A stretch of 36,920 nt of DNA. It comes from a virus. The notes beneath the pieces are model-generated. The model did not search any database. It was not told where the DNA came from and saw nothing but the letters and a program-made list of their open reading frames with translations. The position numbers were made by a program, and so were the translations under genes. The stretch covers positions 1-36,920 of IMG/VR virus record IMGVR_UViG_3300027834_000004; one strand, 5' to 3'. This document shows, piece by piece, positions 1-7,111 of the stretch. Every line of letters begins with the position of its first letter. The first letter of the stretch is position 1.

Positions 1-127
1 AGAGTCATTAGTGGGCTAGCAAAAGAGTTTGAGAAAGCGGCTCAATTTGGAATGGGGCCGGAAGAGATATTAACCGAATGGGAGACTAGGAGCTGGAAAT
101 CATTCAAGGCCGACTGGTGTAAGCCTA
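1..127. repeat. terminal overlap, identical to 36794..36920
   Basis: I compared the two ends base by base. Confidence 0.95.
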
Positions 128-228
128 ATGGATTTGGAAAACCTGACAACTTCATGCAAAACGTAAACACATTGCAAGACATGCAGCTACCAGATCAACA
201 GCATAATGGATTATTGACTAATGACTAA
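1..228 (+). CDS. 3' part of the replication initiator gene (continues from 36281..36920 across the circular junction)
   Basis: Frame 1 is open from base 1 to TAA 226-228. Bases 1-127 equal 36794-36920 and are in frame with the ORF starting at ATG 36281. The stop overlaps the next start (ATGACTAA). Confidence 0.7.
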   Translation, partial: RVISGLAKEFEKAAQFGMGPEEILTEWETRSWKSFKADWCKPNGFGKPDNFMQNVNTLQDMQLPDQQHNGLLTND

Positions 229-568
229 CCAGAATAGATTTAAGCAAGCAATGGCAGGACTGGCAGCGGTATATCAGAATGTTTTGCAATCTGAGCAAAT
301 GGCCATGTATTGGGACGCCCTAGGCAGGTTTAATCCAGATCACCTAGACAAAGCGGTTAAGCTTCACATTGCAGACCCAGTAGACGGCAAATGGTTCCCT
401 AAGCCTGCCCACCTGATTGGCCACATTAACGAAATGATGGCAGCAGAGAAAAGACGCGGGGCAATTGCTCACGATGAGGTTAAGCGATTGGAGCGGGCAG
501 AAAGGCAGCCAGCGACAGAAGAGCAAAAGGCGCGAATAAAAAAAATGCTAGAGGAGCTTAAAAAATGA
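221..568 (+). CDS. putative replicative helicase loader (SPP1 G39P-like)
   Basis: 115 aa. The pattern AAVYQN..SEQMAMYWDAL..FNPDHLDKAVKLHI....WFPKPAHLIGHI matches my recollection of the G39P loader family (AAYPN..W...L.D.....V......HI....FPP.AEL). It lies between the initiator and DnaB and is translationally coupled on both sides. Confidence 0.55.
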   Translation: MTNQNRFKQAMAGLAAVYQNVLQSEQMAMYWDALGRFNPDHLDKAVKLHIADPVDGKWFPKPAHLIGHINEMMAAEKRRGAIAHDEVKRLERAERQPATEEQKARIKKMLEELKK

Positions 569-822
569 GTATTGATGCAAAGAAATGGGTAGATGCTGAT
601 GACCAGCTTTTTAATGGCGACACTTACCAAATACTATCAAAAGAGTCATTAGTGAATATCATTGAGAAGTTTTTATCTGATTCATCTCTGGATGCAGAAA
701 TTTCGGCAATCAAAGGGCTTGCGCTTGTGGAGTGCCCTGTCAGTGGTTACATAATCACAAGCAAGGAATCAAGAGAGCAGATATTGAAGTACGCTGAATT
801 CTTAGAAAATACAAGGGATTGA
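565..822 (+). CDS. hypothetical protein
   Basis: 85-aa ORF whose ATGA start overlaps the upstream stop. It sits tightly between the loader and DnaB. Confidence 0.6.
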   Translation: MSIDAKKWVDADDQLFNGDTYQILSKESLVNIIEKFLSDSSLDAEISAIKGLALVECPVSGYIITSKESREQILKYAEFLENTRD

Positions 823-825
823 ATT

Positions 826-2082
826 ATGAGCTATGAAAAAAGCGTAATTGGCTCGCTACTGCTAGACCCGCACGTTATTGAAACGATCAAAGGCATTGTT
901 AACCCTAGCGATTTTGGCAATCAACATCTAGGCGAAGCACTGCGGGCAATTTATGAGCTATCAGAACGAGGCGACCCCGTAGACGTGCTAAGCGTAGGCG
1001 ATGAGCTGGGCAACCAAAAATACAACACGAATATAAACGCCTCAGATTTATCTGATATGCAAGACGACACTCCAAGCGCGGCCAATGTTGAATATTACGC
1101 AGAACAGGTCAGGGACGGCGCAAAGCGTAGAGCGGTACAAAGTGTTGCTAGATGTGCGAACGAGGCTGAAACGGGCGCTGAAGCCGTAGACGAGGCATTA
1201 AAAGCGTTACTTTCAATTAATACAGAGCAGAAAGATAGCCAGAAGGATATTAATGAATCGCTAACCAATGTTATCGAGCATTTAGAAGCTATCTCAGACG
1301 GTAAAATAATCGGACAAAGTACAGGGTTAGCAGATTTAGATGCAATGATCGGCGGTTTATTTGGGGGTAAGCTTTATATTATCGGGGGTCGTCCCGGGTC
1401 AGGGAAAACAGTTTTAGGCTTAAACATGATAACCCAGGCGATAAAAGACGGCACAGCATCACAGGTTTATAGCATGGAAATGCCAGACAAGGACTGCACA
1501 TACAGAATGATATGCTCATTAACCGGGCTTAATACCCGCGCTAAATTCGATATGCAGGATAGCGACTGGCCATTACTCACAGCCGGGTTCACACTTTTAA
1601 AGGATAAACCACTAAAAATAGATGACGCGGTTGGGTATGGGGTGTCTTATCTAAAAAGACAGATAAGAGCGCACGCAGCTATTCATGAAAAAAGTGTGTA
1701 TATGATTGATTACTTGCAGTTAATGAAAGTAAACGGGTCAGATAGGCAAGAAGGGGTATCAGAGATAAGCCGGGAGCTTAAAGTTTTAGCGCTAGAATTA
1801 GATCGACCAATAATTTTGCTTGTTCAATTGAATCGGGGGCTGGAGTCTCGACCAGATAAGCGCCCGGTAAGCTCAGATATTAGGGAGAGCGGTAGCATTG
1901 AGCAGGATGCAGACGTAATCATAATGACGTACCGGGATGAAATGTACTTTGAGAATACAGATCAAAAGGGTATTGCTGAATTGCTCGTAAGAAAGCACCG
2001 GGACGGGGAATCTGGAACAGTTCGAGTTAAGTCTGAACTGCAATATTCTAGATTTTCAGACTTGGGTTTTAGTAGTTATTAA
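826..2082 (+). CDS. dnaB: replicative DNA helicase, DnaB family
   Basis: 418 aa. DnaB-type N-terminus (EKSVIGSLLLDP), Walker A GGRPGSGKT, IDYLQLM and SGSIEQDADVI motifs. Confidence 0.9.
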   Translation: MSYEKSVIGSLLLDPHVIETIKGIVNPSDFGNQHLGEALRAIYELSERGDPVDVLSVGDELGNQKYNTNINASDLSDMQDDTPSAANVEYYAEQVRDGAKRRAVQSVARCANEAETGAEAVDEALKALLSINTEQKDSQKDINESLTNVIEHLEAISDGKIIGQSTGLADLDAMIGGLFGGKLYIIGGRPGSGKTVLGLNMITQAIKDGTASQVYSMEMPDKDCTYRMICSLTGLNTRAKFDMQDSDWPLLTAGFTLLKDKPLKIDDAVGYGVSYLKRQIRAHAAIHEKSVYMIDYLQLMKVNGSDRQEGVSEISRELKVLALELDRPIILLVQLNRGLESRPDKRPVSSDIRESGSIEQDADVIIMTYRDEMYFENTDQKGIAELLVRKHRDGESGTVRVKSELQYSRFSDLGFSSY

Positions 2083-2154
2083 CGGTGAAGCAAGGCAGAT
2101 ATTAGAAGCTGCTGAGTTAAAGCTAGATGAATTGATTAATTAGAGGGTGAGAGA

Positions 2155-2370
2155 ATGAGTAAAGAATGTAAAGAATGCCGCAATGAGCGATATATTGTAC
2201 TTGGTTGTTGCTCAGGCAGAGAATGTGGATGTATGGGGCAGGCGGTAGCTATTGCAAACTGTAAGGAGTGCAACCCTTTGGCAGCAACCCCTATATCTAA
2301 GGGGTTAGAAAAAGAATATGGATATCTTGAGTATGTTGGCGTGATAAATCTGGCCACTAAAACCAGCTAA
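2155..2370 (+). CDS. cysteine-rich small protein (putative zinc finger)
   Basis: 71 aa with CKEC..GCCSGRECGC..CKEC. GAGGGTGAGAG Shine-Dalgarno upstream. Confidence 0.6.
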   Translation: MSKECKECRNERYIVLGCCSGRECGCMGQAVAIANCKECNPLAATPISKGLEKEYGYLEYVGVINLATKTS

Positions 2371-2413
2371 TTTGTAACATTCTGCCAATTACATAAAGGC
2401 AGTATAGATTAAA

Positions 2414-2428
2414 ATAGATATTCAAATA
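2414..2428 (+). repeat. leader repeat ATAGATATTCAAATA, copy 1
   Basis: An identical 15-mer at 2622-2636, each immediately before a Shine-Dalgarno sequence. Confidence 0.8.
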
Positions 2429-2439
2429 AGGGGGTGGAT

Positions 2440-2625
2440 ATGAGATTAACAAGGAATCAATTAAGTCTAGTTAGGGTTGTGCAGGATAATTATGGAATTG
2501 AAGCCAAGTCTATAGATAATTTAGATCTAGCAATGAAAGCATGCCTAATAAGAAAGGGCGCATTAACCGAGAATGGCGGGCGCTTGTATGTTTCGCTTCA
2601 AACGCAAAGAGGATTTTCCAGATAG
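2440..2625 (+). CDS. hypothetical protein
   Basis: ATG at 2440 preceded by AAGGGGGTGG (the track starts at GTG 2434). The leader contains ATAGATATTCAAATA, shared with the next gene. Confidence 0.55.
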   Translation: MRLTRNQLSLVRVVQDNYGIEAKSIDNLDLAMKACLIRKGALTENGGRLYVSLQTQRGFSR

Positions 2626-2636
2626 ATATTCAAATA
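2622..2636 (+). repeat. leader repeat ATAGATATTCAAATA, copy 2
   Basis: Identical to 2414-2428. Confidence 0.8.
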
Positions 2637-2647
2637 GGAGAGAGTAA

Positions 2648-2854
2648 ATGAACTTCACAAAGGCCGAGAGTAAAAGGCTATTTGGCCCAAAGCTTAATAA
2701 GTACAACACCACAAAAGACGGCAAGTATGTGGCTAGAATCAAAATCAATAAGCGTGTGAATAATAAGTGCCAGTATAAGACTGGTAAGAAGTTCGACACG
2801 ATAGAAGAGTGCAATGCTGAGCAGGAAAGAATGCTGGCTTGTAAGAAGTTATAA
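2648..2854 (+). CDS. small basic protein, possible AP2-like DNA-binding fold
   Basis: 68 aa. DGKYVARIKINKR....GKKFDTIEECNAEQ resembles the GKW.A.I...GK...LG.F.T.EEA AP2 pattern. AGGAGAGAG Shine-Dalgarno. Confidence 0.5.
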   Translation: MNFTKAESKRLFGPKLNKYNTTKDGKYVARIKINKRVNNKCQYKTGKKFDTIEECNAEQERMLACKKL

Positions 2855-2923
2855 CCGCAACATTAACGGGCGGCTTGACCGTCCCTTTTAATTATATGTT
2901 ATTGCTTGGAGGCGATAATGGCA
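2851..2923 (+). repeat. cassette-boundary repeat, copy 1 (stop codon + ATAACCGCAACATTAACGGGCG + hairpin + shared Shine-Dalgarno leader)
   Basis: A 22-nt block is shared with 3109-3130 (1 mismatch). Hairpin GGGCGG/CCGTCCC plus TTTT. Leader ..TGTTATTGCTTGGAGGCGATAATGGCA. Confidence 0.75.
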
Positions 2924-3112
2924 ACGGTAAACAAAAAGAAGCAGCGCATAAAATATTTAGTTGGCATCCACACAGCTCTAAATACAGCCGAAACAAACGT
3001 TACAGAAATGAGCGAGGGCTTTTATTCATATAGGCAGGAAAAGATAAAACAAGTTTTGGCCACTGTTAAAGAGTTGCTGGCAGAGGATGGTATATACCCA
3101 GCAGAGCAATAA
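2918..3112 (+). CDS. hypothetical protein
   Basis: ATG 2918 follows GGAGG (the track's TTG start at 2906 overlaps the Shine-Dalgarno). Flanked by the repeated cassette boundary. Confidence 0.55.
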   Translation: MATVNKKKQRIKYLVGIHTALNTAETNVTEMSEGFYSYRQEKIKQVLATVKELLAEDGIYPAEQ

Positions 3113-3187
3113 CCGCAGCATTAACGGGCGTGAGTCTAGCGAGCGTCCACTTTGAATTATTTGTTATTTTTGGAGGCATGAATGGCA
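3109..3187 (+). repeat. cassette-boundary repeat, copy 2
   Basis: ATAACCGCAGCATTAACGGGCG, a diverged hairpin at the same offset, and the leader ..TGTTATTTTTGGAGGCATGAATGGCA. Confidence 0.75.
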
Positions 3188-3301
3188 CAGGTGCTTAGGA
3201 TTATGTTAAGACAAGAAAATGGGGTCTATCTTGGAGCTAGTTGTTTGCCAATTATTTGGTTTAATAACGAGCTGGTTAATGCTACAAGATTAGAGTTTTA
3301 G
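3182..3301 (+). CDS. hypothetical 39-aa protein (below the track size cut-off)
   Basis: ATGGCA start preceded by TTGGAGGC, in the same repeated leader as the 2918 gene. I translated it by hand. Confidence 0.35.
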   Translation: MAQVLRIMLRQENGVYLGASCLPIIWFNNELVNATRLEF

Positions 3302-3360
3302 GAGTAAAAAATAACAAAGCGATACACGGCTGAAAGTCCGTGTGATCAAAGTGTTATGTA

Positions 3361-3440
3361 AGAAATTATCAGTGATTTAGCCTATATCTGGTAGAAATTA
3401 TCACTGTAATTAGATTTATAGAGCGGATAATAGACCGCTC
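3361..3440 (+). promoter_or_regulatory. recT upstream control region
   Basis: Contains the direct repeat AGAAATTATCA (3361 and 3393), a diverged TGGTAG..ATTAGAT element related to motif copy a, and the hairpin GAGCGG/CCGCTC (3421-3440). AAATTATCAG also precedes motif copy a at 6381. Confidence 0.45.
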
Positions 3441-3458
3441 AACAACGGGAGAGATAAG

Positions 3459-4433
3459 ATGAACCAGCAGTTAACGGTACCTGATTTAGTTAATCAGCAA
3501 GAGACGTTCTTTGCTAAGGCTATGACGGTCGATAGAAAAGACATTGTGTGGAATAAAGAGAGTCAGTTTGCTATTCAGGCTCTATCCAACAATGAATACC
3601 TATGCGGTACGGCCATGAAGAATCCGGCCAGTATGCAGAATGCAATTATCAATATTGCAGCGGTAGGTATCAGTCTAAACCCAGCGCTTAAGCACGCCTA
3701 TTTAGTACCTAGAAAGCTAGGTAAGGGCGTTGCTGTGTGTCTTGATATCTCTTATCAGGGATTAATGCACATAGCCATGCAGAGCGGCTGCATTGAGTGG
3801 GGACAGGCTAAACTTGTGTATAAAAATGATACCTACACAAATAACGGTATTGATAAGCAGCCTACCCACCAGCAAGACACGTTCGGAGATAAGGGCGATA
3901 TTGTCGGGGTTTACTGTACAGTTAAAACCAAATCAGGCGACTACCTAACTGAAGAAATGGATATAGCAGCCATTAGAAAGATTCAGAACGCCTCTCAAGC
4001 TAAAAATGGGCCATGGGCTAATTGGTGGGAAGAGATGGCGCGTAAAACAGTTGTAAAGCGTGCCTATAAGTACTGGCCAAAAGCCGAGGCAGTGAGCGAA
4101 GCAATTGCAGTTATCAATGAGCATGAAGGAATTGATTTTGATAACATGAAAGAAGTACAAGAGCCTAAGCGCACGCCATCACATGCTTATGCAGCAAATA
4201 TTGAATCAATAAATGCTATTAGATTGGCGTTTAATGAAGAGCGATATGGTGATGCGGTTATGTATTGGGATGAGATAACAGGCGACCCAGAAGGCAATGT
4301 AAACAAAGGCGAGGATGACAAATCCCTGCTTAATGTAGCACCAAGCAAGTATCAGCTGGCCGGACTACCTGAGCCAGTATTCACAACAGAGCTTCGCAAA
4401 TTCTTAAAAGAAAGCGCAAGCCAATACCGTTAG
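3459..4433 (+). CDS. recT: RecT-family single-strand annealing protein
   Basis: 324 aa. The motifs AIINIAAVGISLNP, HAYLVPR, LDISYQGL, GVYC and ARKTVVKRAYKYWPK are typical of RecT. GGGAGAGATAAG Shine-Dalgarno. Confidence 0.85.
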   Translation: MNQQLTVPDLVNQQETFFAKAMTVDRKDIVWNKESQFAIQALSNNEYLCGTAMKNPASMQNAIINIAAVGISLNPALKHAYLVPRKLGKGVAVCLDISYQGLMHIAMQSGCIEWGQAKLVYKNDTYTNNGIDKQPTHQQDTFGDKGDIVGVYCTVKTKSGDYLTEEMDIAAIRKIQNASQAKNGPWANWWEEMARKTVVKRAYKYWPKAEAVSEAIAVINEHEGIDFDNMKEVQEPKRTPSHAYAANIESINAIRLAFNEERYGDAVMYWDEITGDPEGNVNKGEDDKSLLNVAPSKYQLAGLPEPVFTTELRKFLKESASQYR

Positions 4434-4444
4434 GAGAGAGATAA

Positions 4445-4969
4445 ATGGCACGTGGATCAATTAACAAAGTAATGATTATCGGCACATTAGGGCGCGACCC
4501 TGAAATGCGATATTTACCAAATGGTAATGCAGTATGTTCAATGAGCCTTGCAACAGATGAAGGTTACAAGGACAAGAACACAGGCCAGCAGGTGGATAAG
4601 ACTGAGTGGCACAAGGTAGAAGCATTTGGTCGTCTAGCTGAAATTATGGGTGAATATCTAAAGAAAGGCTCAAAGTGCTACGTTGAAGGTAAGTTGAAAA
4701 CTGACGAATACGAGAAAGACGGTATCAAGCGCTATTCAACTAAGATTGTAGCCAATGAAATGACTATGTTGGACTCTAAGCAGGATGGGCAGCAAGATTC
4801 TAGTAATCAGCCACAACAAGCTCCACAACAGGCACCGCAGCAAGCACCACAGCAAGCACCAATGGGTTATTACTGGCCTAACGGTGTAGCGATGAATCCT
4901 GGCGAAGCTCAATATTATATTAACAATAATATTCCTAAATGGGCTAAAGGCACTAACCCACCAGCGTAA
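4445..4969 (+). CDS. ssb: single-stranded DNA-binding protein with a non-canonical C-terminus
   Basis: OB-fold N-terminus ([22 protein letters not shown]...[27 protein letters not shown]), a PQQA x4 linker, and the ending ..[15 protein letters not shown]. Confidence 0.9.
   Translation: MARGSINKVMIIGTLGRDPEMRYLPNGNAVCSMSLATDEGYKDKNTGQQVDKTEWHKVEAFGRLAEIMGEYLKKGSKCYVEGKLKTDEYEKDGIKRYSTKIVANEMTMLDSKQDGQQDSSNQPQQAPQQAPQQAPQQAPMGYYWPNGVAMNPGEAQYYINNNIPKWAKGTNPPA
4811..4858 (+). repeat. 4 x 12-nt in-frame tandem repeat encoding (PQQA)4 in the SSB linker
   Basis: cca caa caa gct / cca caa cag gca / ccg cag caa gca / cca cag caa gca. Confidence 0.9.
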
Positions 4970-5020
4970 ACCAAAACACACTAGCTATCACAAGGTAGCT
5001 AGTAACAGGAGAGAGATAGA

Positions 5021-5362
5021 ATGAATATAAATATGAGTGGAAACGGAAAGGTAACAGTTGACGGTGTCACCTTTACAGGTAAAAGCGTATCTATTGTAAA
5101 TGGAAAGGTTGTTGTTGACGGCAAAACTCAGGAAGGAAGCCTTACGGGCCCGATAACAGTAACTGTTGATGGCGATGTGCAAAGTCTGAAAAATCATTCT
5201 GGTAATGTTACTTGCAATAATGCAGGTGATGTAAGCACTGGTTCTGGTGATGTAAGTTGTGGAAATATCAGTGGCTCAGTAAGGACTGGTAGTGGTGATG
5301 TAGATTGTGGTTCGGTTGGTGGCAATATCAGAACAGGGTCTGGTGATGTATGTCACAAATGA
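5021..5362 (+). CDS. beta-solenoid-like repeat protein with a cysteine ladder
   Basis: 113 aa. Repeats of TGSGDV(S/D)CG and G.V..G units. Resembles bactofilin or GIN-domain (SGSGD repeat) proteins. AGGAGAGAGATAG Shine-Dalgarno. Confidence 0.65.
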   Translation: MNINMSGNGKVTVDGVTFTGKSVSIVNGKVVVDGKTQEGSLTGPITVTVDGDVQSLKNHSGNVTCNNAGDVSTGSGDVSCGNISGSVRTGSGDVDCGSVGGNIRTGSGDVCHK

Positions 5363-5547
5363 ATAACCCACCACTATCACAAGACCAAATCTTAAGCTTC
5401 TGCAAAGGCTTAGGGGGATTTAGCCTGCTGAGTAGTCATGCTTATTACGACAACTACAGCGTAAAGATAAACAAGCTTCTTAATAAAGGATTAATCCGGA
5501 TGTGCAAGCGATTAGGTGCTGATGGTGAAGTGTACGAGGCGGTATGA
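5350..5547 (+). CDS. hypothetical protein
   Basis: 65-aa ORF overlapping its neighbours at both ends (coupled). Confidence 0.5.
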   Translation: MSQMNNPPLSQDQILSFCKGLGGFSLLSSHAYYDNYSVKINKLLNKGLIRMCKRLGADGEVYEAV

Positions 5548-5981
5548 CCGAAACAGTCAATAGCGACCAAGGGCTAGAAGACGTTATAAGCTTAATTAGG
5601 CAGTCCTACGCTGAGTTCAAGTATATTGATGTAGATATCAAGATAAAGGGCAAGGCTAGGTCTTATAAGCAGAATGCAGCGCTTCATAAGTACTGTGATG
5701 AAATGGCGTTCAAGCTTAATGTCGCTGGTGTTGAATATGTTAGCTGGGGGCAGTACAAGCAAAGCAAAGGAATAGAAAGCCTTTGGACAATGGAGTTATT
5801 CAAGGGTGTATTCAAAGACTATGCAGGGGCTATGTACCCAGAGATCATAGATAAGAAAGGTGAACCTAAAACGTCAAAGCTGAATAGAAAGCAGATGACA
5901 GAGGTTTATGAATTAGTTAACGAGAGAATGAGTGTGATATTTGGGCAGGGTATGCAGTGGCCAAGTATTGAGGGGGAGTGA
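5544..5981 (+). CDS. NinB/Orf-like recombination mediator (tentative)
   Basis: 145 aa. GKARSYKQNAALHKYCDEMA and TSKLNRKQMTEVYELV fit the NinB-type pattern (R.S..QN....). Followed by a NinG-like gene, as in lambdoid nin regions. Confidence 0.5.
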   Translation: MTETVNSDQGLEDVISLIRQSYAEFKYIDVDIKIKGKARSYKQNAALHKYCDEMAFKLNVAGVEYVSWGQYKQSKGIESLWTMELFKGVFKDYAGAMYPEIIDKKGEPKTSKLNRKQMTEVYELVNERMSVIFGQGMQWPSIEGE

Positions 5982-6382
5982 TGGGTATAAAAATAAGTCC
6001 GGCAGACAAGGCATTCAGTGAATGTGTAAGAGCCGCCGCTGGTGAGTGTGAGCGATGCGGTAAAGGTGGGCGCCTAGAGTGCTCACATATATTCTCAAGG
6101 TCATACAGGACTATACGCTGGGCAAAAGACAATGCTATGGCTAAGTGCTTTACGTGCCATAAGTGGTGGCATTCAGAGCCTACAGAGTCAGGAGCATGGT
6201 TTAGAGAATTGAAGGGTGATGGGTTTGTCGATATTCTTATAGAAAAGAAAAACAATAAGTTTAAAGTTACTAAGCTAGAAGAAAAAGACATAGCCAAGCA
6301 CTACCGAGAGCAGCTTAAAATCATTAACCAAAAGCGAGATGATGGCGCCATGGGGTATATTGATTTCGAGAGCTGGCAATAA
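5978..6382 (+). CDS. NinG/Rap-like zinc-binding nuclease (tentative)
   Basis: 134 aa. FSECVR...GECERCGK..RLECSHIFSR....IRW..DNAMAKCFTCHKWWH fits the FS..IR...C..CG...H...R....N...C..CH pattern. Confidence 0.45.
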   Translation: MMGIKISPADKAFSECVRAAAGECERCGKGGRLECSHIFSRSYRTIRWAKDNAMAKCFTCHKWWHSEPTESGAWFRELKGDGFVDILIEKKNNKFKVTKLEEKDIAKHYREQLKIINQKRDDGAMGYIDFESWQ

Positions 6383-6395
6383 ATTATCAGTAAAC

Positions 6396-6412
6396 TTGGC
6401 AGTTTTGGCCAA
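6396..6412 (+). promoter_or_regulatory. 17-bp quasi-palindromic motif, copy a (TTGGCAGTTTTGGCCAA)
   Basis: Intergenic, 57 nt upstream of ATG 6470. Arms TTGGC/GCCAA. Related copies at 7095, 13923(-) and 30230(-). Confidence 0.6.
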
Positions 6413-6469
6413 TGATTAGATGGATATAGCTGCTAAGATTACTAAATAATAAGAAGCAAAGGACTGACC

Positions 6470-6667
6470 ATGCAAAGCTTAATACTTGAAATACAAGATA
6501 AGATGGCTGTTTACGCAAAGCACGCCAGAAGTAACAGGGATGCAGTTGAGGCTATCGAGAAGCTAAAGCAGTTATCTGAAGATTTGCAAGATGTGGAAAA
6601 ATTGCAGGCTCAGATTGATTCTATAAACGATAGCTTATTGATTGCTGGGGTGGTTGCTCATGGTTAA
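6470..6667 (+). CDS. hypothetical coiled-coil protein
   Basis: 65-aa ORF, the first gene after motif copy a. Confidence 0.55.
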   Translation: MQSLILEIQDKMAVYAKHARSNRDAVEAIEKLKQLSEDLQDVEKLQAQIDSINDSLLIAGVVAHG

Positions 6668-6833
6668 GCTATTAGGTGTTTGCTTGGTAATGGCTTTATT
6701 TGTAATGGTAAGTAATGAAGAGTACAAAGAATTGGAATTTAAGCAGGCTAATCCTAAATACCCAAATACTGGGTTAATAGAAAAAGCTTGTTTAAAGACT
6801 GGTGCTTATTGTCGGATGATTGCCAATAAGTAG
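6660..6833 (+). CDS. small membrane protein
   Basis: ATG 6660 overlaps the upstream stop (ATGGTTAA). N-terminal hydrophobic helix VKLLGVCLVMALFVMV. The track's earlier TTG start is unlikely. Confidence 0.45.
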   Translation: MVKLLGVCLVMALFVMVSNEEYKELEFKQANPKYPNTGLIEKACLKTGAYCRMIANK

Positions 6834-6927
6834 TATTGTAGTAAATAAAATCTTTAGTCTGAGTAAACAGTAAATCCTGAGTCAGTGCAGTAACCGCTCG
6901 CAGTTCTTATTTATTAGACGTTAACTT

Positions 6928-6948
6928 AATGCTCATTATGTGAGCATT
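6928..6948 (+). other. perfect 8-bp hairpin (AATGCTCA-ttatg-TGAGCATT) in a non-coding region
   Basis: Read directly. A T-run follows 9 nt later. Confidence 0.5.
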
Positions 6949-7034
6949 TGGATACTGTTTTTGTATCATTCAATTAACTTAACTAACGGGAGACCGATGC
7001 CCATTAAATTAAGTCTAATTATTTAAAGTGTTTT

Positions 7035-7059
7035 AGCCCTCCCAGTGAGGGCTTTTTTG
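7035..7059 (+). terminator. rho-independent terminator
   Basis: AGCCCTC-ccagt-GAGGGCT followed by TTTTTT. Confidence 0.8.
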
Positions 7060-7094
7060 TATCTGTAAGAATATGCTATTGATTTGGGCTAAAG

Positions 7095-7111
7095 TTGGTA
7101 GTTTTGGCCAC
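7095..7111 (+). promoter_or_regulatory. 17-bp motif, copy b (TTGGTAGTTTTGGCCAC)
   Basis: Intergenic, just after the terminator and 54 nt upstream of ATG 7165. Confidence 0.6.

Noticed and set aside
4811-4858. The 12-nt tandem repeat as a CRISPR-like or VNTR element
   Set aside because: It has four contiguous in-frame units with no spacers, encoding the (PQQA)4 linker of SSB. This is ordinary low-complexity coding sequence.
6396-6412. Reading the TTGGCA..GC motif as a sigma54 (-24/-12) promoter
   Set aside because: In all copies the GG and GC dinucleotides are 2 nt closer together than in the strict TGGCAC-N5-TTGC spacing. The motif is also symmetric (TTGGC-N7-GCCAA), which fits a dimeric DNA-binding protein better.
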